Source: an uncultured Bacillota bacterium
Lineage (GTDB): Bacteria > Bacillota > Clostridia > Christensenellales > Borkfalkiaceae
Length of the DNA stretch: 64,000 nucleotides
Reading direction: 5' to 3'
NCBI GenBank assembly: GCA_949300535.1
Contig: CASGEQ010000080.1
Span: 1-64,000, forward strand
Part shown: positions 47,375 to 59,700 of the stretch, in pieces
How the letters are laid out: each line of letters starts with the position of its first letter
Position numbering within the stretch: position 1 is the first letter of the stretch
Notes under the pieces: generated by a model
What the model saw: the letters and a program-made list of their open reading frames with translations, nothing else
Databases searched by the model: none
What the model was told of the DNA's origin: nothing
Position numbers and translations under genes: made by a program

Positions 47375-49765
47375 ATGAAAAAAATCAAGAACATTCTCAA
47401 AGGTGGTGCGGCAGCGATTCTTTCCGCTGCAATGGCAATCTCGGTAGCGGCGTGCACGACTCCGACCGATGACTCGGGTAAGGATCCGGATACCCCGATC
47501 GTTACGCCGACCCCTACCATTACGGTTGAAATAAGCGGGCTCGGTAACGGTCAGCTGAAAAAGGGCGAAAAGCTCCAGCTCACCGCAACCGTGACCGGTT
47601 CGGACAACACTGCCGTGAATTGGTCTGTATCCGATCCGACTCTTGCAAAGATCAGCGCGAGCGGCGAACTTGAAATCATCGGCGACGTACAGTACAACAA
47701 GACGGTACAGGTAACGGCGACGTCCCAGGCAGACCCGAGCGTAAGCGTTACCAGAACGATTACCGTCATAGCTCCTACCGCAGAAGGGCAGGTCGGCCTG
47801 CTGACGGGGGACATGATCGAAGCGCTCGGCGCGGATAACCTTACCGTTACGGGTGTTCTTACCGACTATTATGTCGATTATAACGCTTCCTTCAACAGCA
47901 CGACCCATAAATACAACATGGAAGTCAAGATGGATGACGGCGCATGGTACGGCAGATGGCAGAACGATCCGAACGACCCCATGTCGGGCGACGCGGTCTG
48001 GACGGAGAGCCTTTATCTGCGCGGCGAGGCCGTAACCGACGGACACGAACTCAAAACGACATACATCGACAAAAACAACCAGGTGAGCGATAAGGTCATC
48101 ACCGATTATATGAGTCTGCCCGTTCTTTGGGAGTCTCAGCACCTTTACAATCACATCGGTCAGCTCAACGTCAATGAGTTTACGCAAGTCTCTGCGGATG
48201 ATGCGACGCAATATGTTTATTACGTCGATGATACCGATGAAACTTCGCTCTATCTGATGACGTATCTCTCTTACAGCCTTACTCCTCTGCTTTCCGATAC
48301 GCTCGACCGTATCATCTTCGTGCTCAACGAGGAAGGTACCGCGATCGAAAAGCTGGTCGGACAGACGGAGACTCTCCTTTACGGTGAAAATACGGAGGAC
48401 GATCCCGACGCGATGAGCTATACGACGATCGAACTTACCTTCTCGGATATCGGCGAGACGGAAGTGCCGATGCCGACGCCTTATGAAGCGCCCGAGCACG
48501 CAGATCTGCTGAGCGCAGCGCTTGAGAAGATGCAGACGAGCCGCAACTATCAGTTCACGACGGCCGATACGACGACGTATGCGCCTTCCGGGGATGGGGG
48601 AGATTATACCATCGAGTCCGCAGGCGGCGCTGTGGCGTCCAGCCTTGCGGCGACGCTTGCAACGGAAAACGAACCTGCGGAATATCCCGCAATCAAGGAT
48701 TATACGAGCGAGACGGGAACGGCAGGCCTCAGAGGCTGGGTCACGGAAGAGGGCATTCTGTTTGCAGAGACGACGCAATATACCGCGTCGATGGACGGAA
48801 AAAACTATCGTGTCGAATTCACGGGTTACAAGCCGAACGACGGTTATTATGAAGAATTTGCTTTCGACAGCGATCTCCAGGTATTCTACGGCACCCGCCG
48901 CGTCAACGGGGATATGTTCGACGCAATGCCCGGATTTGATTTCTCCGCAAACGTATTTGAATTTATAGGCGCAGGGCAGAACAATACCTACGTATTCCAG
49001 CTTCGTTCCGATGCGATCACGCGCGACATTGCAATGGAGGTTTCGGCGCACAGCAACGCAAAGAGCGCGTCGTCGTCTTCTTCTTATCCGCTCCAGATCA
49101 CGGTCGATGCAAACGGCAACCTCGTTTCCACGCGGTTCCCGTATTCGCTGGTCAGCGGTACCTATATCGGCTACTGCACCACGACGTATTCCGGTTTCGG
49201 CACGACGGAAATTGTGGAGAACGACGCATTCAGAGTATTTGACGGATATATCGAACGCGGAACGATGGATAGCTGGGATCAGTATTCTGTCCGTTACTAT
49301 TATCCCAACCACAGCACGATCGGCGGCGCGACCGCGATCGATGCGGCTACGCTGTTTACGACGATTTACGACGGCGCCGTTCCTGCTCCGACCGTATTTA
49401 TGAATGTCTTCGGAGACGCGATTTCCGGGCCGTTCTTCAATTGGTATGACAATGAAGACGAAGAGGGGAACGTCGAGTATGCAGACTACGTCACGCTCAC
49501 GGTTTTTGTTGCGGAAGACGCGCTTGACGAAAATTCCCATCTGCTTGACGCTTCTTCCTGGGTAACCAAAATTGAGAATTCGATGACCGCTGCGGGTTAT
49601 CAAAGATCTGCGGCAAATACGGATCTTGACAATGTCGGCGTCGGAACGAACTCTTGGGATCTTTCCTACACCAACGGCACGCTGATCGTACATTTTGAAT
49701 CGAACAACACGCGTACATTCTGGATTGAGATTTACAATGTCGGCGATTGGACTTTGAACGGCTGA
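47375..49765 (+). CDS. Large lipoprotein with a Big_2-like domain (hypothetical); paralog of 45030-47333
   Basis: AAGGAG RBS. Lipobox SVAACTT. Conserved GxLTxDMIxxL and NYxFxxxxT motifs shared with the previous gene. Confidence 0.55.
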   Translation: MKKIKNILKGGAAAILSAAMAISVAACTTPTDDSGKDPDTPIVTPTPTITVEISGLGNGQLKKGEKLQLTATVTGSDNTAVNWSVSDPTLAKISASGELEIIGDVQYNKTVQVTATSQADPSVSVTRTITVIAPTAEGQVGLLTGDMIEALGADNLTVTGVLTDYYVDYNASFNSTTHKYNMEVKMDDGAWYGRWQNDPNDPMSGDAVWTESLYLRGEAVTDGHELKTTYIDKNNQVSDKVITDYMSLPVLWESQHLYNHIGQLNVNEFTQVSADDATQYVYYVDDTDETSLYLMTYLSYSLTPLLSDTLDRIIFVLNEEGTAIEKLVGQTETLLYGENTEDDPDAMSYTTIELTFSDIGETEVPMPTPYEAPEHADLLSAALEKMQTSRNYQFTTADTTTYAPSGDGGDYTIESAGGAVASSLAATLATENEPAEYPAIKDYTSETGTAGLRGWVTEEGILFAETTQYTASMDGKNYRVEFTGYKPNDGYYEEFAFDSDLQVFYGTRRVNGDMFDAMPGFDFSANVFEFIGAGQNNTYVFQLRSDAITRDIAMEVSAHSNAKSASSSSSYPLQITVDANGNLVSTRFPYSLVSGTYIGYCTTTYSGFGTTEIVENDAFRVFDGYIERGTMDSWDQYSVRYYYPNHSTIGGATAIDAATLFTTIYDGAVPAPTVFMNVFGDAISGPFFNWYDNEDEEGNVEYADYVTLTVFVAEDALDENSHLLDASSWVTKIENSMTAAGYQRSAANTDLDNVGVGTNSWDLSYTNGTLIVHFESNNTRTFWIEIYNVGDWTLNG

Positions 49766-49803
49766 TCGGCGTTGCAGAACACAAATTTTAGCGGGGTGAT
49801 GAT

Positions 49804-52800
49804 ATGAAAATTCGCGGGAAAGCAGCCTTTTGCCTGATCGGGCTTATGGGCATCAGTATCCTCGCGGCGGCGTGTTCGGGCGGAGGGGATTCCCCTGCGC
49901 CCGGGCCCGGACCGTCAGACGGACCGGACGATCCCGGAATTGAAATTGTCGTCAGCGCGATGGAAGAGGCAGTCGCCATCAAGGATTACCAGGTAGCGAC
50001 GTATGACTATACGTCGCTCTTTTCCATATCGCGGGACGGGCAGAACGTGGAGGTTCTGGATTCCTATATCGACAGTTCGGCCGTATCGGAAACGGCGGGA
50101 ACTTATCCGGTCACCTGCACTTACGAGGAAAAAACAGCCGAGGCAGAAGTCACGGTCGAAGCGTCTGTATGCGAAATCCAACTGTCCGCACAGGAAGTGA
50201 CCGTCCGTCAGGACGAGTGGGACAGTTTTGATTATCTGTCTCTCTTCACTGCGACGTTGGACGGGGAACCGCTTGAGATCACGGAAGACATGATCGATTC
50301 CGACGTGCAGGAGGAGGCCGGCGACTATACCTTTACGGTTTCCTTCTACAAAACGAGCGCAACGCTCACCGTACATGTCACGGACGTACATACGATCGAA
50401 TGCATTTTTTCGTACCGCACGTTCGAGATCGAGGAAAGCGCCGTGCAGGATTATGACTATACTTCTCTGTTTTCGCTCTACATTGACGGCGCCGCCGTCC
50501 GCGTGACGGAAGACATGATCGATACATCGGCGCTTGCGGAAGCCGAGGCGGGGCAGGAATACCCGGTTGTCTTCCGCTATTCCTCCGAGCTCGGCACGTC
50601 CGAAGCGACTGCGGCGGTGAAAGTTGTGGCGGATCGCGAGATCGTCCTCACGGGGCGCTCCCTGGTCATTTACCCGAATTCCGATTATATCGATCTCACT
50701 CAACTGTTCGAGATCAGACACGGGGACGAAACCGTGCCCGTGACGAGCGATATGATCACGGGCAGCATCAACTATTCCGAAGCGGGCGAAAACATCATTA
50801 CGCTCACCTACGGCGGAAAGCAATGTACGGCGACGGTGGAAGTGCGCGTCGGCGCGGTCATAGAATTCGCTTCCTCCGATGTCATTTCCGTTGCGCGCGG
50901 GACCGAGCAGAATACTTACGATTTTGCGAAGGATTTTGTCGTGACGATCAACGGGATACGGTTTACGGATATTCCGACCAGCTATTTTACGGGATTGGAT
51001 GAAGTGAACTTCGGGGTTGCGGGCGATTATGACGTTACGCTCACGATTCCGTACTGCTATACCGCCTATAATCAATGGACGGGCGTAACGACGTTCGAAT
51101 ACGTATCCGAAACGATCACTTATCGTGTGGAAGAAAACACCTGCACCGTGCGCTTTGTGGAAGACCGCGTCACGTTGCCGCAGGGAACGGACGAGTACGA
51201 TGTTCTGAGCAATCTTAACGTATGGGTAAACGGCGTTCGGATGGCGCTTACGGAAAATCCGGATTGGGCGGATCCCATCACGGTATATGCCAGAATCGTA
51301 AGCGGAGTGGACTTCCGGGAAAAGGGCGAGCAGGAGATCGTGATTCAGGTATATCCCGGCGGGCCGGACGGAGAGCCGGTTGAAGTGCGGTATCCGCTCA
51401 TCATTGAGTCGGATATTCAGATCTCCGTGAATAACGCGGCGGTGTTCAGCGGCGAAACGCTGTATACCCGCGACCTGTTCACGATCACATCCGGCGGCGA
51501 AGACATCCCCGTGACCAGCGAGATGGTTTCCGGCAAAGTCGATACCTTTACGCCCGGCGTCTATACGGTTACGATCGAATATGAAGGGATTGTCAGGGAA
51601 GCGCAGGTCGTCGTGTTCGACAATGCCATGAAAGGCACCTACCGCACCACGCTTACGACGATCCCCGTCATCGAGACGGACAGCGACGATTCCGAAGATC
51701 TCGGCTGGGGCTCGTATTCCGCAGACACCTATGCGGAAAGCGTTTCCGTTTCGGAAACGACGCGCCTCGGGGCGCTCGTCATCGGGGAAGACGGTACGAT
51801 TACGCACGGCGGAAGCAACGTCGAAATCATTTCCGGTATCGACGCGCACACAATGCTCGTCCGTCTCAATTCTTACGTATATACTCTCTATTATAACGAC
51901 GGAATCATCGTGCTGGATCCCGATAATTCCATCAAAATGCTTTTCAGCGATGTGAAGCGCCCGATGGTATACTTCAACAACGCCGAATGGCAGATCGATA
52001 CGAGCGTGACAATCAACAGTTCCGCCACGCACGTTCTGACCCTGAATTATGTATCGTACAGCATCGATACGTTCCGCATCACGAAACGGGATACCGCAGA
52101 GACGATGTGGTATGCGCTTATGGTGGAACTCGCCGAAAAGACGAGCGCGGATACTTATTATACCGTCACCTGGGGCGAAGCGGAATATGCCGACGATTTC
52201 GTGCAGGAGGCGGGGGCAGACTCTTCGCTTACCTTCCGCGGCAACACGTACGCGTTCACAATGGAGAGCGCTTCCGTGGGAAGAATCCGCCAAACTTTCG
52301 GAGAACTGAAATATGCGAATATGACATTCTCCGGCACGGTCGACGGAAAAGACGCGCTTTTGAACGTCACTTCGGCAGAGGGCTTTGAACTGATCGTGGA
52401 CGGCGTCCGCGTGTTCTCCGTTTCCGGCATGGCAGTCGGGAGTCTCGCGAACGGCGGAGTGGATTACGATGCGGATGTCGTGTTCCTTTATGGGGTAAAG
52501 GACAGCGATTACGGGACGTATTCCTACCGTTTTGTGCTCGATACGGAAAACAGAACGTTTACGATCGACGAGCGCGACCGCTATTACGGCGTGTATGAGA
52601 CGGAGGATATGTATCTCTTCCTCGACGGATACGGTCACGGGCTCTTCAACTTCAACACAACGTACAACACGACGACGCGGCTGAATTACACGGTGCGCGG
52701 CCAGGAAGTGACCGTACGCTTTGTCGATCCTGCTCCCAGTTTCACGCACGGCAGTTATGCGACGTTCTATATTGCAGATCTGCTCAACATACTTACGGTA

Positions 52801-53652
52801 AAGCAGTTTGAGAGCGGGGAATTTGCCGGGGCGGTATTTGAAAATTCCGAAATTACGGATGGCGCAATCGTCAGTATTTCGTCTTATGTCGTACGGAAAA
52901 ACAGCAATACCACGAACGCGAGAAACGCTTTCCTCGATCTGATCACCATTGTGACTCCGGACGGGGAGCTTACGGGCACGCAGAAATCTAATGCCGTCGA
53001 CACGTCGACCATTAACTTCAATCAGGCAGGATTTTACCGATTCTCCGTTACAGTTTCCGTTGGCGGTCAGGATGTGAAATCGTATTTTGCGGTTCAGGTC
53101 CTCGGAGATATTTACAGCGGAAACGCCCTCGCGGCGAACTATACGGGCGTCATCAACGGCAGTTATTTTATCTCGATCGACGTTTACGGAATGACGGTGG
53201 TCACCGTACAGAGCAACGGAGACGAGGCGGATACGGTGCGTTATACGGGCATGGCGTCCATCGGCGCAAACGGATTTGTCATCAATGCGGCTGCGGAGAA
53301 CGGTTCGATTACGCTTACGGGAGTTGCCGTCGAAGACGGGATCGTGCTTGTGCGTTGTCGCGGAGCGGTTTCCTTCTATGATTACTTTACGACGGGAACC
53401 AGCACTGCGGCAGGCGGGGACAGCGGTGTCCTGCGCGTGATCTCGGTTTCGGGTACGAACGTTTTCATTCTCTCGGAGAGCGGGGGAACGGTCGGCACAG
53501 TGGTCGAAGGGCGGATCGTAAACGGATCGCTTGCAACCAACGGAACGGTGATTGCGCTTACGGAGAACGGCACGACGGTATATTACCGCGTGGATGCATG
53601 GGGCGATCTGGAAACAGGGCTCACCGTTCTCGAAAATTATACCGAGAGCTAA
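49804..53652 (+). CDS. Giant lipoprotein (1282 aa) with at least 6 tandem Ig-like repeats of about 70 aa
   Basis: Lipobox LAAACSG. Repeated DYTSLFS...EDMID...AGxYxVT motif. Confidence 0.55.
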   Translation: MKIRGKAAFCLIGLMGISILAAACSGGGDSPAPGPGPSDGPDDPGIEIVVSAMEEAVAIKDYQVATYDYTSLFSISRDGQNVEVLDSYIDSSAVSETAGTYPVTCTYEEKTAEAEVTVEASVCEIQLSAQEVTVRQDEWDSFDYLSLFTATLDGEPLEITEDMIDSDVQEEAGDYTFTVSFYKTSATLTVHVTDVHTIECIFSYRTFEIEESAVQDYDYTSLFSLYIDGAAVRVTEDMIDTSALAEAEAGQEYPVVFRYSSELGTSEATAAVKVVADREIVLTGRSLVIYPNSDYIDLTQLFEIRHGDETVPVTSDMITGSINYSEAGENIITLTYGGKQCTATVEVRVGAVIEFASSDVISVARGTEQNTYDFAKDFVVTINGIRFTDIPTSYFTGLDEVNFGVAGDYDVTLTIPYCYTAYNQWTGVTTFEYVSETITYRVEENTCTVRFVEDRVTLPQGTDEYDVLSNLNVWVNGVRMALTENPDWADPITVYARIVSGVDFREKGEQEIVIQVYPGGPDGEPVEVRYPLIIESDIQISVNNAAVFSGETLYTRDLFTITSGGEDIPVTSEMVSGKVDTFTPGVYTVTIEYEGIVREAQVVVFDNAMKGTYRTTLTTIPVIETDSDDSEDLGWGSYSADTYAESVSVSETTRLGALVIGEDGTITHGGSNVEIISGIDAHTMLVRLNSYVYTLYYNDGIIVLDPDNSIKMLFSDVKRPMVYFNNAEWQIDTSVTINSSATHVLTLNYVSYSIDTFRITKRDTAETMWYALMVELAEKTSADTYYTVTWGEAEYADDFVQEAGADSSLTFRGNTYAFTMESASVGRIRQTFGELKYANMTFSGTVDGKDALLNVTSAEGFELIVDGVRVFSVSGMAVGSLANGGVDYDADVVFLYGVKDSDYGTYSYRFVLDTENRTFTIDERDRYYGVYETEDMYLFLDGYGHGLFNFNTTYNTTTRLNYTVRGQEVTVRFVDPAPSFTHGSYATFYIADLLNILTVKQFESGEFAGAVFENSEITDGAIVSISSYVVRKNSNTTNARNAFLDLITIVTPDGELTGTQKSNAVDTSTINFNQAGFYRFSVTVSVGGQDVKSYFAVQVLGDIYSGNALAANYTGVINGSYFISIDVYGMTVVTVQSNGDEADTVRYTGMASIGANGFVINAAAENGSITLTGVAVEDGIVLVRCRGAVSFYDYFTTGTSTAAGGDSGVLRVISVSGTNVFILSESGGTVGTVVEGRIVNGSLATNGTVIALTENGTTVYYRVDAWGDLETGLTVLENYTES

Positions 53653-53730
53653 GCCTTTCGGTTTCAGCGATTATTTTCGGCAGAAGATCAGTCAGATGCC
53701 GTTAAATAAAATAATACAAGGAGATGCGAT

Positions 53731-56700
53731 ATGAAAAAACGTAGGTTATTGTTATTTGCAATAACAAGTGCGGCGGTTTGTACGTTCGCTGTCGGGTGCG
53801 CTGGTCATGAGCACACATACGGCAGTTGGACGATTACAAAAGCGCCTACGGATACCGAGACCGGTTTGGCGACGCGGTCCTGCGTTGACGGTGACGAGAC
53901 CGAGGAATTGACTCTTCCCGTCCTCACCGATACGCAATTCTGGACCTACGACGTCACTACGGAAGCGACGCATACCTCGGACGGGGCGGCTGCTTATACC
54001 AATTCGCAGTATACGCTCACGATCCCGGTGGTTCTTCCTGCGGAAGGGCATACCTTTGAGGGTGCGGATTGGGTCATAGTGGAAAAGCCTACGACGACCG
54101 TAGTCGGTTCGGCCGTACAGTATTGTACTGCTGGCGACGGCGGCGCAGGAACGCCCATCGAACTTCCCGTCCTTACCGATACGGAATTCTGGGAATATTC
54201 GGAAATTTCGCCTGCCACGCACATTGCGGAAGGCAAAGCGGAATACACGAATGAGGAATACGACCTCACGGTCGAAGTGAGCATTCCTGTTCAGGCTCAT
54301 ACATACGACGGACAGAAATGGACGATCGGAACCCAGCCCACAACGGAGGCAACGGGCACGGCATACCGTGAATGCACGGAAAACGACGGCGGCAGAGATG
54401 AGCTTACGCTGCCTGTGCTTTCCGACGGTACATTCTGGGATGAAGTCGAACAGACCACGGCGGCAACGCATACGCAGCCGGGCGAGACCCGCTATTCCAA
54501 CAGCACGTACGGATTCCAGATCTATTATGAAATCCCTGCGCTTCCGCACACCTTCGGCACGTGGAAGATCGTAACGGCGCCCACGATGCAGGCGGGCGGC
54601 AAAGCGGCCCGTCATTGTACGGAAGACGACGGCGGATACGAAGAGAAAGATCTTCCCGCACTTTCCGATACGGAGTTCTGGACTGCGGGCAGCCCCGTCG
54701 AGGCGGATTACAATCATGCCGGATATACTCCTTATACCAATGAGGAATACGGCATCGAGTACCGCCTTGAAACGGCTCCCAAACTTCCTGCGCCTTATGA
54801 CGGAAAGACGTATTACGGCGTTGTGTTTGACGCTTCTTCCGAAGAGGATATGAACGGCGTTATCCGTATGGAGACCAGCTGGCTGACTGCACACATCACG
54901 ATCAATGCGGACGGTACGGGTACCGGTTCGGCTTATCCGTTCAACGATGATTTCAAATTCAGCATTGACGATTACGATGCGGGCACGGTTTCCGTAATGC
55001 GCGACGATGCGGTGCTCACGGGATATGTGGATGTTGTAACGGGCATTATGGTGCTGCCGGTCCGCACAGACTGGGACAATGTCGTCGTATGGGTACCGGC
55101 GGATTCGCTTGCGTCGGGAGACGCTGTTGCGTCGGCATGGCAGATCGATCTGATTCATAAAGCGATCGCGATCACGTATGCGCCCGTCGGCGGCGATACG
55201 CAAATGAACATTCTCATCTATGACAATACGGTGTACTTCAATGTCGGCTTTGCGGATATTGACGGAGCTCCGATTGCGGCAGATGAGTGCTATAACGCTC
55301 CTTCGCTGTACATTTCGCAGGGTGCGGAAGTTCTCTTCACGTTAGGCTATGACGGCGAAAAGGTCGTCACGCTCGACGGACTTCAGGGCAGCTACAGCGG
55401 TATGCTCGGCGCAGAACAGACCGAGCTTGTCATCTCCGGTTTCGGCGCCGTTACGGCGGGGGAACTGGACGGAGAATATACCGAAATCAGCGATGGCGTG
55501 ATCGGCGCAACGATCGGCGGAATCTATTATGAGGTAACGCTGAACGCTGAGGATAATACCTTCGTGGCAAGCCGTCCCGAAGTGACGATTACCTATGAAG
55601 CAGGCGAGTATGCAACCGTCGAGAGCGAGGAAGTTTCCGCAGGCATGGAGCTTACGCTTCCCGTTCCCGAAAATGCGACGATGCTCTTCCGCGGCTGGTT
55701 CTATGATACGGATTGCACGCAGGCAGTCGGAACGCCTTTTATTCCCGAAGCAGATACGACGCTCTATGCTAAGTGGATCATCAAGGTCACGCTGAATCTT
55801 TATTTCGATGGACCTGACGGGACGGCAACTGTCGTTGAAGCCGGCGCAGGGGATACGCTTGAAGCGATCATGGAAGATTATTCCGACCGCCTTGCACCTA
55901 CTCAAACGCACTATTTTGACGGTTGGTTCATCCGTTCCGATTTTTCGGGTTCTTCCATGGATGAAACCGTGCCGCTTCCGTCCGAACCGAATGAATTTAC
56001 GCTCTATGCCAAGTGGAACGAGTTCCCTGCCTATGTCGGATCGTATGCAGGGAAAAATACATACGGAGCAACTTCTGCCTTTAATACCAAAACCGTATCG
56101 ATCGACGGCTACGGCAATATTACGGGCACGGTAACGGGAACGGTCGCTTCGTTTGATGAAGAGACGGGCCTCATTACGTATCTGTCCGGCGACACCACGA
56201 ATTACATGTGGTACAGCAATGGAGTGATTGTCTTTGCGGACAGCTCCTCCAACCGTAAAAATCCTACAATTCCTTCCGATATTGATACGCTTGTCAGATC
56301 GGATGCGCCCGATTCCTCCAATGTGCTGTATAATGCACAGATCGGCTATGCGCCGAGCGGCGCAACGTCGGGTTCCACGCGCGTTGTCACGTACATCGCT
56401 GAAAACGGCGAACAGGCGAATGTTCTGGTGTATAATAACCGTATTTATGCGGGAGTTGTCGTTACGGACGGATTCGGCGCTCCGCTCACGGCGCAAAATC
56501 TGCGCGAGTCCAAGACGGTTGTCGTCAGGGCTTCGGCGGACGGCAATCCGATCCTTGCGGTCGGCGCTTCTGCAGGTACGGTCGGGAGCGGTTCGCTTGT
56601 CCTGCTCGATAATTATTACGGCGTGTACACGTCGGAGGATTCCGAGATCAGACTTGACGGCGTAGGCAATGTGGAATATGAAGGCAAGACGGGTACCTAT

Positions 56701-59700
56701 ACCGTTGCGGCAGAAGGCTCGGGGTATGGATTCGACGTCTATCTTGAGGACGCTTCGGAATACTATCGTCTGACTCTTTCGGGCAGCAGTTTCACGATTG
56801 TAAAGCCTGAGGCAACGCTCATTCTTTCGTCTGAGCACAGCGAACACGAAAACGTCGTTCTCAATGTGACCATCACTTTTGCGACGCTTCCCGAACCCGA
56901 AGCGGAAGGATATGTGTTCCGCGGATGGTATTCGTCTGCAGATTTCACCGGCGAGGCCGTTACGTCCGTTACGGCAGACGCCGAGGGCGAGAGCATTACG
57001 CTGTATGCAAAGTGGCTCACGGAAGTTACGGTTACGACCGAGTTCAACTATGATAACGCGCCCGAGGCCGTTGTTTACGACGGTATCGGAGCGGGCGAGA
57101 CCTTTGAGATCGAAGCGCCTGTTCAGAGCGGGTACCGCTTCCTCGGCTGGTTCACGTCTGCCACCGAAGGCGAAGAATGGGTCTCCGGAGAGACGGAAGT
57201 CGGGCAGAGTATTACCATTTATGCGCATTGGGCAGTTGCCGAACCCTATTATCATACCTACGATGTCTTTGAATATACGGGCAATGATGAGTTTGGTACG
57301 ACGTCAGGACGCCATGTGGATTACTCATGGGGAAATACGTATTTCAGTATCGATGCGGACGGCAATCAGAGCGGTCACGGAATTTCTCCTTTCCAGAACG
57401 GAGCGAAAATCATCGATTATGTGAGAAACGATGAAGCGGGATACGCGACCTTCCGATTTGAAACATATACTTCGGGCGGTGAGCCGGGTTCTTATTATTC
57501 CGCATACTTGCAGCTCTCCACCGGTCTGATCGTCATGAGTCTTCGTCCTGAAGGCGGCGTGGCGGCAGGAGATGAGTGGAGTGCGGTCATGCTGCTTATC
57601 CCCTTCGAGACGGCAGCGCCTTCGGATGCGCAGCCAGACAGCTCTTATTGGGCAGACGGTATGGTCCGTACGATCACCTTTACGGACGCGGCAGGGGCTG
57701 AGCGCTCCGTCTTTGTGGAAAACGGCGTCGTCTATTTCGACGTTTCCTTTGAAGACGCCGCTGCAGACGGCAGCATCGTTCCGGCGGAGGAGTGCTTCGG
57801 CAAGCAAACCGTCTATATTCTTCAGGGCGATCGCGTTCTTACCTCTTACGGCTATAACGGAACGACCATGATCAAGGCGGACGGCCTGGGCGGCAGTTAT
57901 ACGGCAGCCGAAGGAGAAGAACTTGTCCTGAACGGGTACGGAATGTTTACGCTCGGCAGCAAGAGCGGTCTGTATACCGTTGAAGAAGAGGGCGTTCTCG
58001 ACGCATACGTGATCGTGGACGGCTCGAGAACGGAACATTACACGTTCACTCTGTCCGCTTCGACGTACACGCTCGAAGTGAATACGAACAATTCCGAGTT
58101 CGGTCAGAACCCGAACAGCAGTAATACTCAATTCGGCTTCGCATACGACGAGGCGAACGGGTATTATTACAGCCAGAATAAGGGAGTTGAAAGCTCGGAA
58201 GCAAAGATGTACATCACTGCGTTCATGGCAGGTACCGTCACGTTCGAGTATCAGGTCTCCACGGAAAATTCCGATCGTCTGTATGTAGTCATCGGCACCG
58301 GAACGACAACTTCGGGTGCGGATCTTCAGGCAAGCGGCAATTCCAAAGATCTTGCCGACGGAGCAGCTCCTGCGGCAGACGGCTGGATCTCCTATTCGAT
58401 CGTTCTGGAACAGGAAGAATCGCTGTGGTTCATCTATAAAAAGGATAGCAGCATAAATACCGGAGCCGATACGGTTTGGATTCGCAACCTTGAATTTGAA
58501 GCGTTCGATATGACGATCGCAGGCACCTATTCCTGCACGGATGAAGAGGATATCGCGCTTGACGGCAGAGGCGGCATCACCCGCGGAAGCGAAGAGGGCG
58601 TCTACGAGCGCAATGAAAACGGAACCTATGACGTTTACTTCCGTAACGACGACGGCGAGAACGTTTCGCATTACACTATAACGCTCGATGTACAGGCTAT
58701 GACGTATACGATTACGCCTGTCACTACAACGGTCATCTTTGAGATGAACGGTCACGGCGAGGCGCCCGAGGTCACCGCTTATACAAATTGCGTGATTTCT
58801 CTTCCTGCAAGCGTCAAGGCGGATGGATTCGTGTTCCGTGGCTGGTTTGATAATGCGGCATTTGAAGGCAGTGCGGTTACGTCTGTCGAAGTCGGAGAAG
58901 AGCCTGTCACCGTCTACGCAAAGTGGGATGAAGCGGTTACGCTCACGATCGATTATGCGCAGGAATCCCTCGCTGATCCCGAGCCGATCGCTGTCGCGGT
59001 AAACGATGTGATCACCCTTTCCGATTATGCGCCTGAAACGGTCTATATCGACGGAAAACTGTTCACGGGTTGGAAATATACCGACGGCGAAGCGATCACG
59101 ACGGATACGATCACGATCACGGCGGCAGTTTCTGTGACGGCGGTATGGGAAGACCATGATCCGTATGCCGTTGCGCTTGAACCCGACGGAAAACCGATTG
59201 ATAAGTCCTACGTTGATTATGGATTCACTTGGGACAGCGAGGGCGGCTATTATCAGAGCGCGAACGGCGGTGCAGACAGTTCCGTCGCTTCGATGACGGT
59301 TACCGCCTATGCGCCCGGGACGGTCAGCCTTGAATGGTGGATCAGTTCGGAAAGCGCGAAATATGATTACATCCGTATTTATCTCAATTCTGAAAATACA
59401 GGTGTAGAAGGCGGCGGTACTTCCGATACAAGCTGGCATGAGTTCACCTGTGAAATGAATTCCGGCGACGTGCTGTGGATCATGTACAGAAAAGACTCGT
59501 CCGGGGACAACGGAGAAGATTGCCTGCGCGTGCGCGGTTTGTCGTTTGCCGCACTTGATATGAGCGTTGTCGGCGACTATACCGGTACAGAGGGAACGGT
59601 TTCTCTCGACGGCAGAGGTTCGATCACGCTGGCAACACCCGAAGCGGTCATGAGCGGCACTTACAATGAAGTTTCGGATGGCACCTATGATGTGTTCTTC

